From a virus: a stretch of DNA of 64,000 bases. Of the stretch, positions 10,087 through 19,503 are shown in pieces (position 1 is the stretch's first letter; each line of letters begins with the position of its first letter). The translations under genes were made by a program, and so were the position numbers. The notes under the pieces are model-generated. The model searched no databases, was not told the origin of the DNA, and was given only the letters and a program-made list of their open reading frames with translations. The DNA is taken from positions 17,337 through 81,336 of the IMG/VR virus record IMGVR_UViG_3300025266_000004; one strand, 5' to 3'.

Positions 10087-10651
10087 TTTTGTATGTTATT
10101 GGTAATATGTATTTACCTGTTTTATTATAGTGTAATATAGCTATAGCAGTAAGACAAGTTAAATAACTGTGACGTTCTAGTGGTTCGATATAAAATAACT
10201 TTAGTATTAAATCAGATATTCCATCTTTTCCTTTATAATAAAACAAATTATCAAAGTCTTTACCCTTTATAATGTTTATTGTATTAGTTATAATAGGTAA
10301 AGTTTTATATATAGTACCGTCAATCTTTTCACAATGTATTCTATTTGTTCTATATGTGACTCTTCTCTCTACATCTTCAGGTGTCTTACAATAAAACATA
10401 TTAATCTCTTTTATCTTATTAATAGTCAATGTAAAGTTGTGTGGACTCTCTCTTGTTACTTCGTTATATATATAAACATCTAATATACCTGCTACTGTCT
10501 TACTAGGAACATCAAAAAATTCAGATAGTTTAATAATATACTCTTTTTTGTCCATTTCTATAGACTGTAGACCCTCTGCATCCTTGATAGACTCTAAGAA
10601 TGAGTCGTAACTACTAGAATAGTACTCTAAATCGTTTCTCTCTCTTTTCAT
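10076..10651 (-). CDS. hypothetical protein
   Basis: Track ORF 10076-10699; the ATG at 10651 is the more plausible start. Confidence 0.6.
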   Translation of the reverse strand: MKRERNDLEYYSSSYDSFLESIKDAEGLQSIEMDKKEYIIKLSEFFDVPSKTVAGILDVYIYNEVTRESPHNFTLTINKIKEINMFYCKTPEDVERRVTYRTNRIHCEKIDGTIYKTLPIITNTINIIKGKDFDNLFYYKGKDGISDLILKLFYIEPLERHSYLTCLTAIAILHYNKTGKYILPITYKNEN

Positions 10652-10740
10652 GAATAATATAGTGTTTTTGGTGTTTGAGGTTCTTAAATTCGTGTACAAT
10701 CGTTCAAAAGATTTTGAATATTGAAACCTCAGCGACTTAA

Positions 10741-11091
10741 TTATTTGATTATATCTAGTATTTTAGTACTATCTACGTTATACATAATATAGTGTTTTTT
10801 AGTACCTTTATCACATACAAAGAACCTATAACCTGATTTTGATTTAATATCAACACTTACATTAGTCTTTGTACACTTAATTATAATAGAATTATCAACA
10901 AAGTTTTGAAAGTCTGTATCACAAGTCTGTACATAGTCCTTAATAATAGTCTTATTAAAGTCTGATATAGTTATGTCTTCATCTGTTGTAATAATGTAAT
11001 TATCAATATACTCTTTAGGTTTTTTGACTACTACCTTTCTTTCCTTTTTAGGTTTTTTGGTAGTAGTCAACATCTCTTTTATTTTAAACAT
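10741..11091 (-). CDS. hypothetical protein
   Basis: 116-aa ORF with a basic N-terminus. Confidence 0.6.
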   Translation of the reverse strand: MFKIKEMLTTTKKPKKERKVVVKKPKEYIDNYIITTDEDITISDFNKTIIKDYVQTCDTDFQNFVDNSIIIKCTKTNVSVDIKSKSGYRFFVCDKGTKKHYIMYNVDSTKILDIIK

Positions 11092-11098
11092 AAATTTA

Positions 11099-11467
11099 TT
11101 AATTTGTTATAGTTGTTATTACTGAGTTTTTTATTACAATAGTATAACCATCAATACTAATTTTACCATTACCATTCAGAATACCAATTTGATTTTCTAC
11201 CTCTTTAGTTAATATTTGTTTTTGAACACTCTCAATATCTAATTTTCCAACTCTTTCTAAATATCTTAATATAGCGTGTTCTGAAACTATTATTCCTTTG
11301 TCATTAACTAACTTAGTTTTTTCTTTTTCTCTAGCTTTAATTTCAGTGTTACAAATAGTCAATCTACGTTGTTCGTCTTTTATATTTGTTCTTAGTCTGT
11401 CTCTATGCTCATATGATATTCTTAAAGCAGTATTTATAGTCTTTAGTTTATTTCTATCTATTGACAT
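11099..11467 (-). CDS. coiled-coil protein with a RelE/DUF4258-like C-terminal domain
   Basis: SEHAILRYLER motif and terminal VITT strand. Confidence 0.5.
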   Translation of the reverse strand: MSIDRNKLKTINTALRISYEHRDRLRTNIKDEQRRLTICNTEIKAREKEKTKLVNDKGIIVSEHAILRYLERVGKLDIESVQKQILTKEVENQIGILNGNGKISIDGYTIVIKNSVITTITN

Positions 11468-11799
11468 ACTATTGACCCTCCTATCTCCATATTAAATACC
11501 TTACTATCGTCATTTCTAACAGGTTTATATTGACTAACATAAGTACCACCATTAGACTTATAATTAATGTAAAAACCTTTAATGTTATCGTATGTAGATT
11601 TAATCTTTATTGTCTTTGATTGTTGAGGTGATAAAGTAAATGTGAAATAATCACTTGATATAGTATAATCAGTAGTACATTTGTTACTAATGTTTACAGT
11701 ATATTCAATCTCTGTTACTTGTATCTGTCTCAATGGTTCAGTTTCTTTATTACAGGCTATTACTCCCAATAGCATTGCAAACATTATTAATTTTTTCAT
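11458..11799 (-). CDS. lipoprotein
   Basis: MKKLIMFAMLLGVIA-C lipobox followed by a beta-rich body. Confidence 0.7.
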   Translation of the reverse strand: MKKLIMFAMLLGVIACNKETEPLRQIQVTEIEYTVNISNKCTTDYTISSDYFTFTLSPQQSKTIKIKSTYDNIKGFYINYKSNGGTYVSQYKPVRNDDSKVFNMEIGGSIVCQ

Positions 11800-11807
11800 T
11801 TGTTTAT

Positions 11808-12299
11808 TTATTTTAAGATTTCTTTTGCTCTTGTTACTGTGTTATACGTTATACCACAATAAGTGTCTATTTTAATAAAATTACTAGATTGTTCTAATAA
11901 CATATCTGAATCATCGTCTAGTATAACATAAGATTCGATAGTTTCTTTAGTTTTTTTTAACCATGTTTGGATCTCGAACCCTCTAGGTAAACTTCCACCG
12001 ATTCCTGCAGGTGGGTATATCTTTGGTGTTTTATCTATTAATTCACCAGTTATTCCAACACCTTTCAACAATTCTTTTAAATCATTAACAGGAACACCTT
12101 GTCTCCATGTCGATGATAAGACTATTTTAGCGTTAGTTTCATCTGTTAATCTATTCACTAAAGCAACACATCTAGGATCAAACCATCTTCTTTTTTCGTG
12201 GTCTACTATACCACCACATAATTCTTTATATTCTTTCCAACCTTTAAACCAAATTTCATGATTTAATACTCCATCTATATCTAAAAATATTACCTTCAT
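11808..12299 (-). CDS. HAD phosphatase of the Swiss-Army-Knife RNA-repair type (HAD_SAK_2-like)
   Basis: FLDIDGVLN, IVLSSTWR, RGFEIQTWL and YVILDD motifs. Confidence 0.85.
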   Translation of the reverse strand: MKVIFLDIDGVLNHEIWFKGWKEYKELCGGIVDHEKRRWFDPRCVALVNRLTDETNAKIVLSSTWRQGVPVNDLKELLKGVGITGELIDKTPKIYPPAGIGGSLPRGFEIQTWLKKTKETIESYVILDDDSDMLLEQSSNFIKIDTYCGITYNTVTRAKEILK

Positions 12300-12312
12300 T
12301 GTCTTGTTTTAT

Positions 12313-12388
12313 AAAACCACCCGTTTAACCTGCTCCCTACACTATCTATTCCTAGGTGTATATCCGTGCAAAGGGTTTGGTGGTTTAT
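12313..12388 (-). ncRNA. structured intergenic RNA element (unclassified)
   Basis: Nested stems AAACCACC/GGUGGUUU, AACC/GGUU, UGC/GCA, UACAC/GUGUA and CUA-GGAA-UAG on the minus strand. Confidence 0.45.
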
Positions 12389-12398
12389 GTGTTAATTA

Positions 12399-12536
12399 TT
12401 AATATAAGCCTATACCTTTTATAACCATTAGTCCGTTAATAAAATCGTATAATTTTACTTGTCTTTTGGTCTTATCAAATTCACATCTTTTCCACGATGC
12501 TTTTATTATTGTATTTTCTAATTTAAAATATATCAT
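12399..12536 (-). CDS. small hypothetical protein (45 aa, below track cutoff)
   Basis: MIYFKLENTIIKASWKRCEF...GIGLY; ATGA overlap with the upstream gene. Confidence 0.5.
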   Translation of the reverse strand: MIYFKLENTIIKASWKRCEFDKTKRQVKLYDFINGLMVIKGIGLY

Positions 12537-12850
12537 ACTTCTACTAATTCTCTATGAAATAATTCTTCTAATTCGTTCTCTCCTAAATCATTAAATTCAG
12601 CACAATCTTTAGCTAACTCTAACAACTTTAAAAAGTTATCATGTGTAAACGAAAATCGTGCTAAGTTGTAACAGTTATAAGGTTCTAAATCATCTAATGA
12701 AATTTCTGATATTGTACAACCTAAAATACCTGCTTGGTTAACCATGTTATAAATGAATGTAATATGGTATATTTCACCCTCTACTACCCATTTATGTTGA
12801 GGTATCTCTTTAGGTTTATTTTTACTGTTATTACATCTACATTCTATCAT
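12533..12850 (-). CDS. hypothetical protein
   Basis: 105-aa ORF with ATGA coupling. Confidence 0.6.
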   Translation of the reverse strand: MIECRCNNSKNKPKEIPQHKWVVEGEIYHITFIYNMVNQAGILGCTISEISLDDLEPYNCYNLARFSFTHDNFLKLLELAKDCAEFNDLGENELEELFHRELVEV

Positions 12851-13269
12851 CCTTTGTTTTTTAGTTTATTGTACTCTTTCTTTAACTTCTCTAACTTCTC
12901 ATAATAATCTCTATCAATGAGCATACAATTCTCATCTTTAATCTGCTTTAATACATGGTGTAAATTACCAATCCTATGAGTATCTAATGTAGACAATTCT
13001 TTCGCTACGTCCTCAATTGATTGAATAACAGTGTTAGCAGTCTTATCATCTCTATTGTAAATCTCTTTGATGTCCCTGTCTACATTATGCTTACTCTCAA
13101 CTTTTAAAACATGAGCAGCGTTCTTACTTCTCCCATTAAATACACTAGTACCTCTAAGCTCTACTTGCATCTCAAATATAATATGTGATGCAAGTACCAT
13201 TTTTATATAGTTGTATCTTAGTTCGTTCCCTTTTTCACTCATCCTATAAAGATTTCCATAAGTATACAA
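12847..13269 (-). CDS. hypothetical protein
   Basis: ORF of up to 140 aa; start uncertain. Confidence 0.6.
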   Translation of the reverse strand: MYTYGNLYRMSEKGNELRYNYIKMVLASHIIFEMQVELRGTSVFNGRSKNAAHVLKVESKHNVDRDIKEIYNRDDKTANTVIQSIEDVAKELSTLDTHRIGNLHHVLKQIKDENCMLIDRDYYEKLEKLKKEYNKLKNKG

Positions 13270-13504
13270 CTACACAAATACAAATCACTATTAAAATAGT
13301 AACTACAGTGAATGGTTTCTTCATAGGTACTTGTTCGTACATTTCTATTGGTTTATGTAGTTGTATAGTCGTATTAGACCATTTACTTCTTACCATTATG
13401 CAGTCATCAGTAATACTCTCTAATACTACAGGTGTCTTACCTACTTTGTTACCGTACACATCTCTTACTCGAGCTGGTATTGTAAATTCTTCTCCTATTT
13501 CCAT
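13244..13504 (-). CDS. small membrane protein
   Basis: C-terminal TM helix. Confidence 0.6.
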   Translation of the reverse strand: MEIGEEFTIPARVRDVYGNKVGKTPVVLESITDDCIMVRSKWSNTTIQLHKPIEMYEQVPMKKPFTVVTILIVICICVVVYLWKSL

Positions 13505-13506
13505 AT

Positions 13507-13926
13507 CTATATTATTTTACTGTTAATAATTGTATAACTAAAATATAAATAACAAGTGTCTTCTTTGTCACCGTTACTATGTACTTTAATCTTACCTTCT
13601 TGTGCTATTTGCGTAAACTCCTCAATCTTTATAAAAGTGAAAGGTTTGTCTACTTTTTTACTTAGTTTTGATTCTAGTAATTGACTAACATTAGAACTGT
13701 TTAAATCAATATCTAAAATCTCTACATGAATTTGCCAATTGTTGGCTTTATATAGTTTTTCTCTTAGTGTTTTATTTCTATCAGAATACCCTCTTAAGTG
13801 GTACTTTAAATTACCCATTTCATCGACTCTTCTTTTAGTGTTCTCATCAAACTTTTCTTGTAATTTCTTTTGTCTTAATGCACTTGTCTTTATACTTACA
13901 AGTCCCATTGCTGTTAGTATTCCCAT
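13507..13926 (-). CDS. hypothetical protein
   Basis: 139-aa ORF downstream of a promoter-like motif. Confidence 0.6.
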   Translation of the reverse strand: MGILTAMGLVSIKTSALRQKKLQEKFDENTKRRVDEMGNLKYHLRGYSDRNKTLREKLYKANNWQIHVEILDIDLNSSNVSQLLESKLSKKVDKPFTFIKIEEFTQIAQEGKIKVHSNGDKEDTCYLYFSYTIINSKII

Positions 13927-13970
13927 AATGTCTTTCTTTTTAGTTTAAAATGTGTAATTCATTGATTTTC

Positions 13971-14003
13971 TGCAAGTTACAACTAAATTATAATATATCC
14001 TAA
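13971..14003 (-). promoter_or_regulatory. Bacteroidota-type promoter variant
   Basis: TTAGGATAT-N12-TTGTAACTTG; same layout as the copy at 25826-25857. Confidence 0.55.
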
Positions 14004-14010
14004 TACTATT

Positions 14011-14184
14011 TTAATTGTTTATTAGATAGTAATATACAGCCCAACTTACAGCACATGATATACTTGCGAATTTGTTATTCAATCTTTGTGTTTTGTAATA
14101 TGTTACTGTAGTACCTATATAATCAAGTGTAAACTTAATACAAATTAGGAATACTATTGCTTCTATTATTAGTTCTATGTTCAT
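14011..14184 (-). CDS. small membrane protein (57 aa, below track cutoff)
   Basis: MNIELIIEAIVFLICIKF...AVSWAVYYYLINN; starts 1 nt after the upstream stop codon. Confidence 0.5.
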   Translation of the reverse strand: MNIELIIEAIVFLICIKFTLDYIGTTVTYYKTQRLNNKFASISCAVSWAVYYYLINN

Positions 14185-14185
14185 G

Positions 14186-14404
14186 TTATACTATTTTATG
14201 TTGTGGATATTTAGTATCCATTGGTTTATAATTTTCTCCACTTGTTTTACCACAAGTTTTACATTCCATTTTAGGTATTACTTTACTATGAAAATAGGCA
14301 TCATCATAACCTGATACACCTTTTTCTTCAGTATTACAATGCTCACATACCATTATAGCTGTAAAATCTCTTCTATTTTGGTTAGTAATTTTCTTTATCT
14401 TCGT
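14186..14404 (-). CDS. zinc-ribbon protein with an apparent ACG start
   Basis: KIKKITNQNRRDFTAIMVCEHC...YDDAYFH...CKTC (two CxxC); no in-frame ATG after the upstream stop and before this domain. Confidence 0.55.
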   Translation of the reverse strand, partial: TKIKKITNQNRRDFTAIMVCEHCNTEEKGVSGYDDAYFHSKVIPKMECKTCGKTSGENYKPMDTKYPQHKIV

Positions 14405-14414
14405 CGTTTGTTTT

Positions 14415-14696
14415 TTAGTGGTAATCTCTATATATTTTATATTTACCGTACTTCTCTTCATATGTAGTAAGTAGTTTTCGTCTAATACCTTGTGCGACAT
14501 CTGCTTGACTACCACACAAACCAATAACTCCCCTTAGTATATGAATACTAGCTTCCATAGTTAGTATCTCTTGTAAAGCTTCAGCTTGTTCAACAGTCAC
14601 CATATCTACTGCACTACCATCACCGTCATAATCAATTTCTTTACCTTCTTTAGCAAAGTATTCATGTGCTAATGTTAACTCTAAATTTACTCTCAT
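14415..14696 (-). CDS. hypothetical protein
   Basis: 93-aa ORF with ATGA coupling. Confidence 0.6.
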   Translation of the reverse strand: MRVNLELTLAHEYFAKEGKEIDYDGDGSAVDMVTVEQAEALQEILTMEASIHILRGVIGLCGSQADVAQGIRRKLLTTYEEKYGKYKIYRDYH

Positions 14697-15163
14697 CGTT
14701 TATTTCTTTTTTGTGATTTACGTTTAGCTTTACGTTTAGCTTTGTTCTTAGCATTAGTTTTAGCTTCTTTTTCGTCGTTGTGTTTGTCGCCTATAATAGT
14801 ATCTAAATTGTGATTTGATTCAGGAATTAAATATCTTAGTACTTCATCATCACGACGTACTTCTTCAATAGTCTTTTCTTTACAGTTCATAAATATTACG
14901 TTTTTCTGTTGTTCTACTACTAATTCAGATAGTGTAGTAGTTAAATTAGTTCTACCATGATCTATATGACCAATTATTCCCATATTTTTCGGAAGTATAG
15001 GTAATGTAAAATCTAACTTACCACTATCTCTTAAAATACGACCAAAACGTTGTGGGTGTCTTCTTGCTTTATAATTTAAAAACCTAGTACGTGTACTAAT
15101 AATGTTTCTACCATAGTAACACTCAGGGTGGTCTTTCTCTGTCCATTCTTCAAAATTGTTCAT
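14693..15163 (-). CDS. hypothetical protein with an EF-Tu-like G1 peptide and basic tail
   Basis: NMGIIGHIDHGRTNLTT resembles EF-Tu NVGTIGHVDHGKTTLT; K/R-rich C-terminus. Confidence 0.6.
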   Translation of the reverse strand: MNNFEEWTEKDHPECYYGRNIISTRTRFLNYKARRHPQRFGRILRDSGKLDFTLPILPKNMGIIGHIDHGRTNLTTTLSELVVEQQKNVIFMNCKEKTIEEVRRDDEVLRYLIPESNHNLDTIIGDKHNDEKEAKTNAKNKAKRKAKRKSQKRNKR

Positions 15164-15166
15164 ATA

Positions 15167-15373
15167 CTATGTTATGTAATTAATTAATATTAAACTACTC
15201 AATACAAACAAAAGACTTTCAAGTGTTATGTCAGTAGTTTCTTTTTTTTCTTTAGTTCTATTTTTAAGCTCAGTGAATATTCTTTTAAGCTTAGTAAAGG
15301 TTACTATAAAACTAGTCACTGCTAGCATCATTATTACTGTCTCCATAGTTCTATAGGTTTTTAATTTCTTCAA
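15167..15373 (-). CDS. small two-TM membrane protein
   Basis: Two hydrophobic segments. Confidence 0.55.
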   Translation of the reverse strand: MKKLKTYRTMETVIMMLAVTSFIVTFTKLKRIFTELKNRTKEKKETTDITLESLLFVLSSLILINYIT

Positions 15374-15773
15374 TTACTTCTTCCCAGTATTGTATTATTA
15401 CTTTATTGTTTTTATGAAGAGATTCAATAACAACTTCAGCACATAAAACAGCTTGAACTTTAGCTGCTATTTGTTCTTTAATATGATCTTCTTTTGAGTA
15501 GTCAAATATATTGCCTCTAAAAAATTTATTACCTAGTTCGTTAGCTTTCTCTTTAGGTGTTAACACGTCATCCTTTTGATCTGAAGATTTATCCTGTATT
15601 ACAGCTTCAATAGGTTCTCTATCAAATAGTATTAAATAATATCTATTATCTGCTTCTAAATACTTTATAGGTTCAGATACATTAATAATATTCCAGCCTC
15701 TTTTACTCCATCCGTTTAACTCGTTGACAATGTCATCATCAATAGATACTTGTACATTTCTAAATTCTTTCAT
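15351..15773 (-). CDS. hypothetical protein
   Basis: N-terminal LNGWSKRGW segment; C-terminal TPKEKANEL...YWEEV module common in Bacteroidota phages. Confidence 0.6.
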   Translation of the reverse strand: MKEFRNVQVSIDDDIVNELNGWSKRGWNIINVSEPIKYLEADNRYYLILFDREPIEAVIQDKSSDQKDDVLTPKEKANELGNKFFRGNIFDYSKEDHIKEQIAAKVQAVLCAEVVIESLHKNNKVIIQYWEEVIEEIKNL

Positions 15774-15784
15774 AATTCTATAGT

Positions 15785-16210
15785 TTAATTGTTATCTTCT
15801 AAAAAGACATTTGTATGTCTCTTTTCTACTTTCTTGTTCCCTAAATCGTCCATTACACTACTTATATAATATAAAGTTACAATAGTTAATTGTATATCAG
15901 TTTCTTTATTAGTTACTCTAGTGAACATCTTCTTATACCTTCTTTTTCTACTATAAAATATATAGTACATTGGTATATGTTTGCAAAAACAATTTATAAT
16001 ACCTCTTTCTACTTTCCATTGCCTGCTTAATTTAGCTCTTCTAGAAAAGTCATACTCTAGTTCATGTGTTATATGAAAATGAATTATACCGACAATTACT
16101 AAAATAGACATTACTCCCATTAATATAAATGGTAAATAAGGGTGTATAAAATGTGATAAAAAAATCACACCCATTACTGATATTACTAATTCTCCTACTC
16201 CTAAATACAT
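15785..16210 (-). CDS. membrane protein
   Basis: Two N-terminal TM helices. Confidence 0.6.
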   Translation of the reverse strand: MYLGVGELVISVMGVIFLSHFIHPYLPFILMGVMSILVIVGIIHFHITHELEYDFSRRAKLSRQWKVERGIINCFCKHIPMYYIFYSRKRRYKKMFTRVTNKETDIQLTIVTLYYISSVMDDLGNKKVEKRHTNVFLEDNN

Positions 16211-16214
16211 AGTA

Positions 16215-16517
16215 TTATACTTTAGTTTGTCCTGTTAAAATAGGTGCTTTACCTGTCTTCACGTAATTTGTTACAGTCTTCGAATTGAATACATAACAAA
16301 TACTCGCTTTGTCATTGAATAAAATGATACTATTATCTTTGTCACCTATTATTTCACTGTATCTATTGAACGAGAAAGGAGTACTATCAAAATCTAGTTT
16401 AGTATCGTACATTCTCAACTCTCTTGACGCACCACCTACAAACATGAATTTCTTCATTACAGGCTTAGACACTATACCATTTTCTATTAATTTCTCTATT
16501 AGTTTTATTATATACAT
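16215..16517 (-). CDS. hypothetical protein
   Basis: 100-aa ORF. Confidence 0.6.
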   Translation of the reverse strand: MYIIKLIEKLIENGIVSKPVMKKFMFVGGASRELRMYDTKLDFDSTPFSFNRYSEIIGDKDNSIILFNDKASICYVFNSKTVTNYVKTGKAPILTGQTKV

Positions 16518-16549
16518 TATTTTATTGTTATTAGTTCTAGGTTCATAAT

Positions 16550-17449
16550 TTAATTAAATATCTCGTCTATTAATGTAAATAGTTTTGTCTGTTCTAATTT
16601 AAAACTATCTTTCTCCTTTGTTTGTACATTTCTTAGTACTTTTATTAGAGCACCAAAATAAGCTACGTCAACACCAATTAATTGTTCTTCTAAAACATTG
16701 ACATCGTTCAAGTCTAAAAGTGATATTTGGTACATTATTTTAAGGTACTCACCTGCACCTATTTTATATCCTCTTAAAATGAACTTTTTACTTCTTATTA
16801 TAGATGTTAAAGGATATAAAGAACCTTGGTATCCCAATTGTTTAGTTAAAAGTGACTCTACAGCTTCTTTATTAGTCACTAAACCATCTTCCATTGTGAA
16901 ATAATTAGTAGCATGAATAAAATCAAAGCTTTTATGTATCTCTTCAACAGTACCACTGAATCTTGTAACCACTTGAACGTCATTAGAAAGACTTATTGCA
17001 TTAGGTGAGAAATAATCAGGTGTGTATTTATTCTTTTCAATATCTTCAACCTTATTACTTTTGTTTACTCCAGTACCACCTTGATCACCACCTATAAGTA
17101 ATCTTACTTGTCCTTCTTTGAGGTTATCTACAGCCATAGTAAATTGATTACTTATACCGTATGAGTTATAAGCTTCTACTGTTGTGTAAACATCTTTTAA
17201 TATACTATTTAATACAGTTATATCTCTATGATTCTTAGTATAATAAATAGCTAGTCTTTCAAGTACGGATATATCCGTAATATAGACATCATAATCATTG
17301 ACATCTTCATTAAGAAATAAAGATGCTATACAACCACCACTGACAACTAGATTATCTCTAACATCTTTAGCTAGGTTTTTGTCTGTTATAGTAGACAACC
17401 ATTCAAACATCTTCTTTCTTATTACTTTTGTTATTGTTTTCTTTTGCAT
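16550..17449 (-). CDS. Pol-beta-superfamily nucleotidyltransferase-like protein
   Basis: VVSGGCIASL...VNDYDVY (GG...DxD) and FDF motif, as in CCA-adding/poly(A) polymerase-like heads. Confidence 0.7.
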   Translation of the reverse strand: MQKKTITKVIRKKMFEWLSTITDKNLAKDVRDNLVVSGGCIASLFLNEDVNDYDVYITDISVLERLAIYYTKNHRDITVLNSILKDVYTTVEAYNSYGISNQFTMAVDNLKEGQVRLLIGGDQGGTGVNKSNKVEDIEKNKYTPDYFSPNAISLSNDVQVVTRFSGTVEEIHKSFDFIHATNYFTMEDGLVTNKEAVESLLTKQLGYQGSLYPLTSIIRSKKFILRGYKIGAGEYLKIMYQISLLDLNDVNVLEEQLIGVDVAYFGALIKVLRNVQTKEKDSFKLEQTKLFTLIDEIFN

Positions 17450-17453
17450 AGTT

Positions 17454-17972
17454 CTATTTGTTTAACATGAGTATTATAAACCCAATGATTAATAAGTATG
17501 TAAGAATAGTTACATATCTGTATATTCTATTCTCTTTTACTTGTTTATCTATTTCTACACTAAATAAATCTTGTGTTATTTTATACTTTTGAATAGTATT
17601 ATCTTTAGCTTGCATGATACCATCTAATTTAATTAGTTCAATATTATGCTCTTCCTCTAGTCGTCTATTAGTTTTCATTAGTTGTCTATTAGTCTTAAGT
17701 AATTGTTCTAATTCAAACTCATGTGTGCCCTTTAATGTTATATCTTCTTTAAAGTCTACTTCTCTGTATGTTAAAGTAAGTATTGTGTTATCTTCTCTAC
17801 CTTCAAGTTCGATGTTTCTTTTACTGAATGTGAAAATAGGCTCTAAATTGTCCATTCCAATCTTTTTTATCAGATCACGAAGCATCATATCTTTTGTTAT
17901 AATCTCTGCTTTTTCAGGTGTAACAGACCGACCGATCTGATTTTCTATTATCTCTTCTATTATATGTTTCAT
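17454..17972 (-). CDS. coiled-coil protein with C-terminal TM anchor
   Basis: Heptad-rich middle and hydrophobic C-terminus. Confidence 0.6.
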   Translation of the reverse strand: MKHIIEEIIENQIGRSVTPEKAEIITKDMMLRDLIKKIGMDNLEPIFTFSKRNIELEGREDNTILTLTYREVDFKEDITLKGTHEFELEQLLKTNRQLMKTNRRLEEEHNIELIKLDGIMQAKDNTIQKYKITQDLFSVEIDKQVKENRIYRYVTILTYLLIIGFIILMLNK

Positions 17973-18157
17973 TTTATATTTAATTTAATTATTTTATAAT
18001 CATCATTTAACATAACACTCTTATATGAATTAGCACTTCTAAAACCTTTGAATATCTTAGCTTTGGTTACATCATCAGAAGTACAACTCACACCATCAGT
18101 GTTATAATATACAAATTCCTTTGTTGTTTTATGTATTATTATACGTAGGTCTAACAT
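17969..18157 (-). CDS. hypothetical protein
   Basis: 62-aa ORF with ATGA coupling. Confidence 0.55.
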   Translation of the reverse strand: MLDLRIIIHKTTKEFVYYNTDGVSCTSDDVTKAKIFKGFRSANSYKSVMLNDDYKIIKLNIK

Positions 18158-18165
18158 AGTTATAT

Positions 18166-18843
18166 TTAGTCTTGAAAGGGTATTCTACTGTTACCTTTAT
18201 GTTTGTCTTTGAATTTATGTATATTACTAACTTTCACAAGTTGTCTAGTATGGTGAAAAGGTGGTATACCTTCTATTATTACATATTTTTCTTCTTTTAT
18301 TATTAACACAAATAGTATTTTATGTGTTTGTATAAGACCACTAGTACTATTCAATACATTATCGTATACTTTAAGTTCCACGTAAGCATAATCAGTTGTA
18401 GTTTCTTTTAGTTTGGTTACTTCCTCTAGTCTGTCTTTCAGTTCTTTTACTGGGAATACATTAGTAGGTTTATATGGATTATAATCTACTAATTCTTTTA
18501 GTAAATCTACATCAACTATATCATCTATACTACCACCACTAGTTAACCACTCATTGTACCAATCCTCTGCCATTTTACTTTGAATAGGTGCATTAGTTAC
18601 TACTTCCTTAACTGGTTTGTCTAGTAATTTAGCTCTTATTGAGTATTCTATACTTTTACATTCAAGACTAAAACCATTATTTTTATATTCTATGAATACT
18701 GATTGACAATAGTCTTGTTTTGTTATCTTTAGAGGTTCTATAGTAATTAGACAATCAGGTGTTCTAAATTCTACAAAAATAGTATCTTTACTGTCTATTA
18801 TTCTTTGTATATCTTGTACTATTAAATCTGCTATTGTTGTCAT
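18166..18843 (-). CDS. hypothetical protein
   Basis: 225-aa ORF. Confidence 0.65.
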   Translation of the reverse strand: MTTIADLIVQDIQRIIDSKDTIFVEFRTPDCLITIEPLKITKQDYCQSVFIEYKNNGFSLECKSIEYSIRAKLLDKPVKEVVTNAPIQSKMAEDWYNEWLTSGGSIDDIVDVDLLKELVDYNPYKPTNVFPVKELKDRLEEVTKLKETTTDYAYVELKVYDNVLNSTSGLIQTHKILFVLIIKEEKYVIIEGIPPFHHTRQLVKVSNIHKFKDKHKGNSRIPFQD

Positions 18844-18886
18844 ATTATTGTGTGTTTATTAAATTATGTGATAAAGTTTTAAATTA

Positions 18887-19204
18887 TCATATATAATTAG
18901 GTACGTCTTTTTCTTCTCTCTTGTGTTCAAAAGTAATCACTAAATCAATGTAATCACCCACTATCGAATATGTTATAATATCGAACTTGTAATCAATCTC
19001 TTTGATAGCTGTAAGAATACGTTCTTCTTTAGTTGCTTTACCTTCTATTAAACGCCTTAGTTTATCTTGATGTTCATATACTCTTTTCTTTTGTTCACCT
19101 TCATATTCTCCAAATGATAATCTATCATCTGTTTTATGCCACTGTTCATCTCGTTTAAATCTAGTGTTATAATATTCTTCGTACCCTTCTAAATTAAATG
19201 TCAT
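18887..19204 (-). CDS. hypothetical protein
   Basis: 105-aa ORF preceded by the TTTAACAACAAA leader. Confidence 0.6.
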   Translation of the reverse strand: MTFNLEGYEEYYNTRFKRDEQWHKTDDRLSFGEYEGEQKKRVYEHQDKLRRLIEGKATKEERILTAIKEIDYKFDIITYSIVGDYIDLVITFEHKREEKDVPNYI

Positions 19205-19224
19205 AGTGTTTGTTGTTAAATGTG

Positions 19225-19503
19225 TTATAATAGTTCTGATATCTTATTTATTATATATAGTATTAATATCATTAATAGTACAATTGGTATTGCTATACCA
19301 ACCACGATACCTACTATTGGTGATAGTACTATTAAGAGTATCATATTAAACATTATCTCTGTATCATAGTGTTCATCTTTTCTTCGTCTTCTTTCAAGTA
19401 TTATTTGATATACTGCAAAACATATAACTATAAGAGAACCAATAATACTTATAATAATATGTATATTGTTATCGTTTATGAATATCATTTGTTCTTCTGT
19501 CAT
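19225..19503 (-). CDS. membrane protein
   Basis: Two to three TM segments; ATG at 19503 chosen because it avoids overlap with the upstream gene. Confidence 0.6.
   Translation of the reverse strand: MTEEQMIFINDNNIHIIISIIGSLIVICFAVYQIILERRRRKDEHYDTEIMFNMILLIVLSPIVGIVVGIAIPIVLLMILILYIINKISELL

Noticed and set aside
14693-15163. Functional GTPase / tuf gene
   Set aside because: Only a G1-like peptide is present; the protein is too short and lacks G3/G4 motifs
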